From: Sphagnum compactum
Lineage: Eukaryota
Assembly: GCA_965153455.1 (NCBI GenBank)
Contig: OZ234493.1
Location: 27,704,213 to 27,768,212 of the forward strand
Length of the DNA stretch: 64,000 nt
Reading direction: 5' to 3'
Part shown: piece after piece, positions 60,245 through 64,000 of the stretch
Numbering within the stretch: position 1 is the first letter of the stretch
Layout of the letters: each line of letters begins with the position of its first letter
Program-made: the position numbers and the translations under genes
Notes under the pieces: generated by a model
The model's database searches: none
What the model saw: the letters and a program-made list of their open reading frames with translations, nothing else
What the model was told of the DNA's origin: nothing

Positions 60245-61771
60245 CTATGAAATTTCTAATCCGAACATGTTTATCAACTTATGATGTCGTTCTTTAGATA
60301 ATGCCTTAGTAAGGACATCCGCCACCATGTGTTCCGTTGGACAATATTCAAATCCTACTTCTCCATTTTCAACTCGTTCTCGAACAAAATGATGTTGTAC
60401 ATCAATGTGTTTTGTTCGTGCATGGTGAGTGGGATTCTTGGTCAATGATATCGCACCTTGATTGTCGCATCGAATCACCATCATTTTCTTCTCCTCCATG
60501 TATCCCAAATCCATCATCAATTTTGTTATCCATACGGCTTCTTTTGTGGCTTGCGTGTTCGCCATGTATTCCGCCTCCGTGGTGGACAATGCTATTGTGG
60601 GTTGTCGTTTGCTACTCCAAGAAATCGCTCCACCTCCAATCATGAAAACAAACCCTGTGGTGGACCTCCTATCTTCAAGATCACCACCCCAATCCGCATC
60701 ACAATATCCAAGAACTTCCTTGGATGGTGTTCCCCCAAATTGTAATTTCATTTGCAATGTACCTTGCAAATATCGAAAGATTCGTTTGACGGCCATCCAA
60801 TGCTCCATGTTAGGGTTGGCCATGTGTTGACTCAACACGCTTATTGGGTATGCCAAGTCGGGTCGTGTGCACAACATGGCATACATCAAAGACCCAACCG
60901 CTTGTTGATATGGGAATCCCTTTGATTCATCATTTCCTTTCACATTCCTTTGTAACTTCACCTTGGGATCCAATGGAACTCCAATGGGCTTACATTCTTC
61001 CATTCGAAACCGCTTCAATATTTCCTTGAGGTATTTGATTTGGTTGATGCGTAGGAGTCTTTCATCACGATTCCTTTCCACCTCCATCCCCAAAAAGAAA
61101 TGCAACTCCCCGAGGTCCTTCATTTCAAACTTTTGACTCAATTCCTCTTTGATTTGTAAAAGTTTGTTTTGATCGTTGCACACCAAAATGAGGTCGTCCA
61201 CATAGACCACAATGAAAAACTTCACATCTCCCACTTGTGCAACGTACACACTAGGATCCGCCTCACTCTTGATAAATTCAATGCTTTTGAGAAACGCATC
61301 TAACTTTTGATTCCATGCCCTCGGAGATTGTTTCAAACCATACAAGGACTTCTGAAGCTTACACACGAGATGTTCACCTCCTTGGTGCACGAACCCTTGA
61401 GGTTGCTCCATGTAAATCTCCTCTTCAAGCTCGCCATTGAGAAATGCGGTTTTCACGTCCATTTGATGGATCTCCATGTCTTCCAAGGCCGCCAATGCAA
61501 GAATACAACGAATAGATGCAAATTTTGCGACCGGCGCAAAAGTTTCGTTGTAATCCACTCCGTAGGTTTGAGTAAAACCTCTTGCTACTAATCTAGCCTT
61601 GTAGCGTTCCACTTCCCCATTTGCGCCTTGTTTGATTTTGAACACCCATTTGCAAGAAACGGGTTTCCTACCGGCGGGAAGTGGTACCAAAGTCCATGTG
61701 TTGTTTGTCATGAGGGAATCATATTCTTCTCGCATCGCACACTCCCACTCCTTGGAATTTTCACATGTCAT
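60245..61771 (-). CDS. Copia reverse transcriptase / RNase H (copy D)
   Basis: KARLVARGFTQ, QMDVKTAFLNG, SLYGLKQSPRAW, YVDDL, YCDADW and TEAEY; 508-aa open frame. Confidence 0.92.
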   Translation of the reverse strand: MTCENSKEWECAMREEYDSLMTNNTWTLVPLPAGRKPVSCKWVFKIKQGANGEVERYKARLVARGFTQTYGVDYNETFAPVAKFASIRCILALAALEDMEIHQMDVKTAFLNGELEEEIYMEQPQGFVHQGGEHLVCKLQKSLYGLKQSPRAWNQKLDAFLKSIEFIKSEADPSVYVAQVGDVKFFIVVYVDDLILVCNDQNKLLQIKEELSQKFEMKDLGELHFFLGMEVERNRDERLLRINQIKYLKEILKRFRMEECKPIGVPLDPKVKLQRNVKGNDESKGFPYQQAVGSLMYAMLCTRPDLAYPISVLSQHMANPNMEHWMAVKRIFRYLQGTLQMKLQFGGTPSKEVLGYCDADWGGDLEDRRSTTGFVFMIGGGAISWSSKRQPTIALSTTEAEYMANTQATKEAVWITKLMMDLGYMEEKKMMVIRCDNQGAISLTKNPTHHARTKHIDVQHHFVRERVENGEVGFEYCPTEHMVADVLTKALSKERHHKLINMFGLEIS

Positions 61772-64000
61772 GCTTCTTCAATATTTTGGGGCTCCTCCAA
61801 AAATGCAACGGTGGCGCGCTCCACCTCTTTGGTAGCAATCCACCAATCCCGAGGCCATTCCCTTCGTTGCCTTTGAGGTCTTTCCCTCGCAATATCTTGT
61901 GAAGGTTCACAAGATGGGTTGTCATTGGAAACAACAAATTCCTCTTCCGATGAAGAACTTGGTGTGGATTCACTTTGCACACCTTCCATTCTTGTTTCAC
62001 TCAAAGGTCTATCTTGACTAAAGGCCAATGGTTCTTCTCCCTCAACTTCTTCATGCACAACTACATTTTCTTCTTTCTCAAGATGAGGTACACCACCTAT
62101 TTCCTTTGACCTTTCAATGAACACAACATCTCTACTTTTGATGATTCTCTTTGTTTTCACACACATCAAGCGATACGCTTTGGTGCCTTCGTAATATCCT
62201 AAAAACACACAAGGCATGGACTTGGACTCTAATTTGGTCCTCTTCTCATCGGGGACATGTGCAAAGGCCTTACAACCAAAAACTCTCAAATGGGACACAT
62301 CGGGTTTCCTACCACTCCACGCTTCTTGAGGGGTCTTGGAATCAAGAGCCTTGGTTGGACATCGATTTTTGATGTACACCGCCGTGTTCACCGCTTCGCC
62401 CCAAAATTGAAGTTCCAACCCTTGTGCAAGAATCATGCTTCTTGCACATTCCATGATGGTTCTATTGGCACGTTCCGCAACACCGTTTTGTTGTGTGGAA
62501 TAGGGCGCACTTGTTTGTCGTTGAATTCCACATTCCGCAAGAAATGCGTCAAACTTTTTAGACACAAATTCTCCTCCGTTGTCGGAACGCAGCACTTTGA
62601 TTTTGTGACCAATTTCGTTCTCCACCAACGCCTTGTATTGTTTGAACTTTTCAAACGCTTCTCCTTTGGCCTTCAAAAGATAGACATGAGTTTTCCTTGA
62701 GAAATCGTCAATGAAAGTGAGAAAGTATCGCGCTCCACCATGGGATGTAGTCTTCATTGGCCCGCACACATCGGTGTGCACAATCTCCAAAAGTTGTGAA
62801 GCCCTCGTTGCTCCGTCCTTGGGAAATGATGTTCTTTGATGTTTGCCTTTGACGCATCCTTCACAAATGTGATGCAACGGCACTTCTTTCAAATTCATGC
62901 CATCCACCATGGCATCTAATTCCTTAAGGCTTGCCATGTTGAGATGGCCAAGTCTTTCATGCCAAAGCATCGCACTTTCCTCCAAAGAATTTGCAATGTG
63001 TGCCATGTCCTTACGCACCTTCACATTAAGAAGGTACAAGTTCTTGTCCCTTCGTGCTTGCGCCACAACAACTCCTCGAGCGTCGTTGACCTTACAACCA
63101 TCCTTGTCAAACTCCACTTTGAAACCTTCCGAAATGAGTTTGCTCACCGAAATGAGATTATTCTTCATTTTTGGAACATGAAGAACTTGGGTGATGGTTG
63201 TGTGTGTCAATTGGCCTCCCACTTGCAATGTGGCTTTGATGCTCCCCTTGCCAATGGCCTCCAAAACGGTGTCATCGCCCATGAACACCTTCCTTGGGGA
63301 AATGCGCTCGTACGTGGTAAACCATTCTTGTTCGAATGTCATGTGTTGCGTTGCACCCGAATCGACAATCCAATCATTCGTGGTATGATCATTGGCACTC
63401 AATGCCGCAACAAACATTTGTTCGTGATCTTCACAAGCTTGATTAACTTTTTCTTTTTCATCATTTTTCTTCTTCAAACAATTTCTCACAAAATGTCCGG
63501 GTTTCTTACAATAAAAGCAAAGCTTTTCATGTGGCTTGTGAGTTTTGTTCACTAATGCGGTAGTCTCGGAATTCTCACATTCTTTTCTTTTGGACACTTC
63601 GTGAAGCAACCTTGCTACAACGAATTGAAGGTCTACATCTTTCGTGGACATGGACTCCAAGCTTGTGACTAAGTTATCAAAGGATGGAGGAAGGCTCATG
63701 AGGAGTACCATGTAAACATCTTCATCCGTAATGTTCACCTCGATGGAACGTAGTTGGTCCGCAAGGGCTTTCACCGTGTTGATGTGCACAAGCATGTCAT
63801 CTCCTTCTTGCATTTTGATGGTGAAGAATCTCCTTCGAAGGAACAACTTGTTGCCAATGGTCTTAGCTTCATGCACACCACAAAGAGCCTCCCACGCACT
63901 TCTCACATTGTCACAATATTGAATGTGTGCAAGTTGGGCATCCGTGAGATGTTCGCAAAGCAATGCAAAAGCCTTGGTCTCTTTTTCGTTGTAATCGGCC
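61768..64000 (-). CDS. Copia gag-protease-integrase (copy D), 5' end outside the window
   Basis: Open frame with CCHC knuckle, DSGA protease motif, HHCC and DDE integrase. Ends EEPQNIEEA*. Confidence 0.9.
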   Translation of the reverse strand, partial: ADYNEKETKAFALLCEHLTDAQLAHIQYCDNVRSAWEALCGVHEAKTIGNKLFLRRRFFTIKMQEGDDMLVHINTVKALADQLRSIEVNITDEDVYMVLLMSLPPSFDNLVTSLESMSTKDVDLQFVVARLLHEVSKRKECENSETTALVNKTHKPHEKLCFYCKKPGHFVRNCLKKKNDEKEKVNQACEDHEQMFVAALSANDHTTNDWIVDSGATQHMTFEQEWFTTYERISPRKVFMGDDTVLEAIGKGSIKATLQVGGQLTHTTITQVLHVPKMKNNLISVSKLISEGFKVEFDKDGCKVNDARGVVVAQARRDKNLYLLNVKVRKDMAHIANSLEESAMLWHERLGHLNMASLKELDAMVDGMNLKEVPLHHICEGCVKGKHQRTSFPKDGATRASQLLEIVHTDVCGPMKTTSHGGARYFLTFIDDFSRKTHVYLLKAKGEAFEKFKQYKALVENEIGHKIKVLRSDNGGEFVSKKFDAFLAECGIQRQTSAPYSTQQNGVAERANRTIMECARSMILAQGLELQFWGEAVNTAVYIKNRCPTKALDSKTPQEAWSGRKPDVSHLRVFGCKAFAHVPDEKRTKLESKSMPCVFLGYYEGTKAYRLMCVKTKRIIKSRDVVFIERSKEIGGVPHLEKEENVVVHEEVEGEEPLAFSQDRPLSETRMEGVQSESTPSSSSEEEFVVSNDNPSCEPSQDIARERPQRQRREWPRDWWIATKEVERATVAFLEEPQNIEEA

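Larger units (their letters stand above)
59748..64000 (-). mobile_element. Copia copy D: 3' LTR (59748-60236), PPT and nearly intact gag-pol; continues beyond the window
   Basis: Domain order gag-PR-IN-RT-RH. Inserted after ATCAT (59743-59747) within the integrase of a same-family copy. Confidence 0.95.

Overview
Eukaryotic plant genomic DNA with spliceosomal introns and a heavy transposon load. The repeat types suggest a moss such as Sphagnum, but that is inference only. From left to right: (1) a nearly full-length but dead L1-clade LINE (~1.77-9.06 kb). (2) AT-rich intergenic DNA with hAT-type MITEs and a solo LTR with a 5-bp TSD. (3) An RLD/PRAF-family (PH-RCC1-FYVE-BRX) pseudogene whose 5' 3.7 kb (18315-22028) is cleanly inverted. 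Flipping it back restores both the reading frame and a splice donor. (4) A tRNA-derived SINE. (5) A multi-exon OTU deubiquitinase gene on the minus strand. (6) Two degenerate Mutator-like elements with At1g60560/At4g13970-type DDE-SWIM transposases. The first is followed by a convergent C2H2 zinc-finger gene remnant and a hairpin array, and the non-coding DNA is strongly enriched for GGTATTG, reminiscent of VANDAL/VANC anti-silencing systems. (7) A pile of at least four nested copies of one young Ty1/Copia family. It has a half-tRNA-Met primer site, TG...TA LTR ends and telomere-like G-rich LTR repeats, and may be the edge of an RLC5/Bryco-like centromeric cluster. No prokaryotic features or CRISPR arrays were found.
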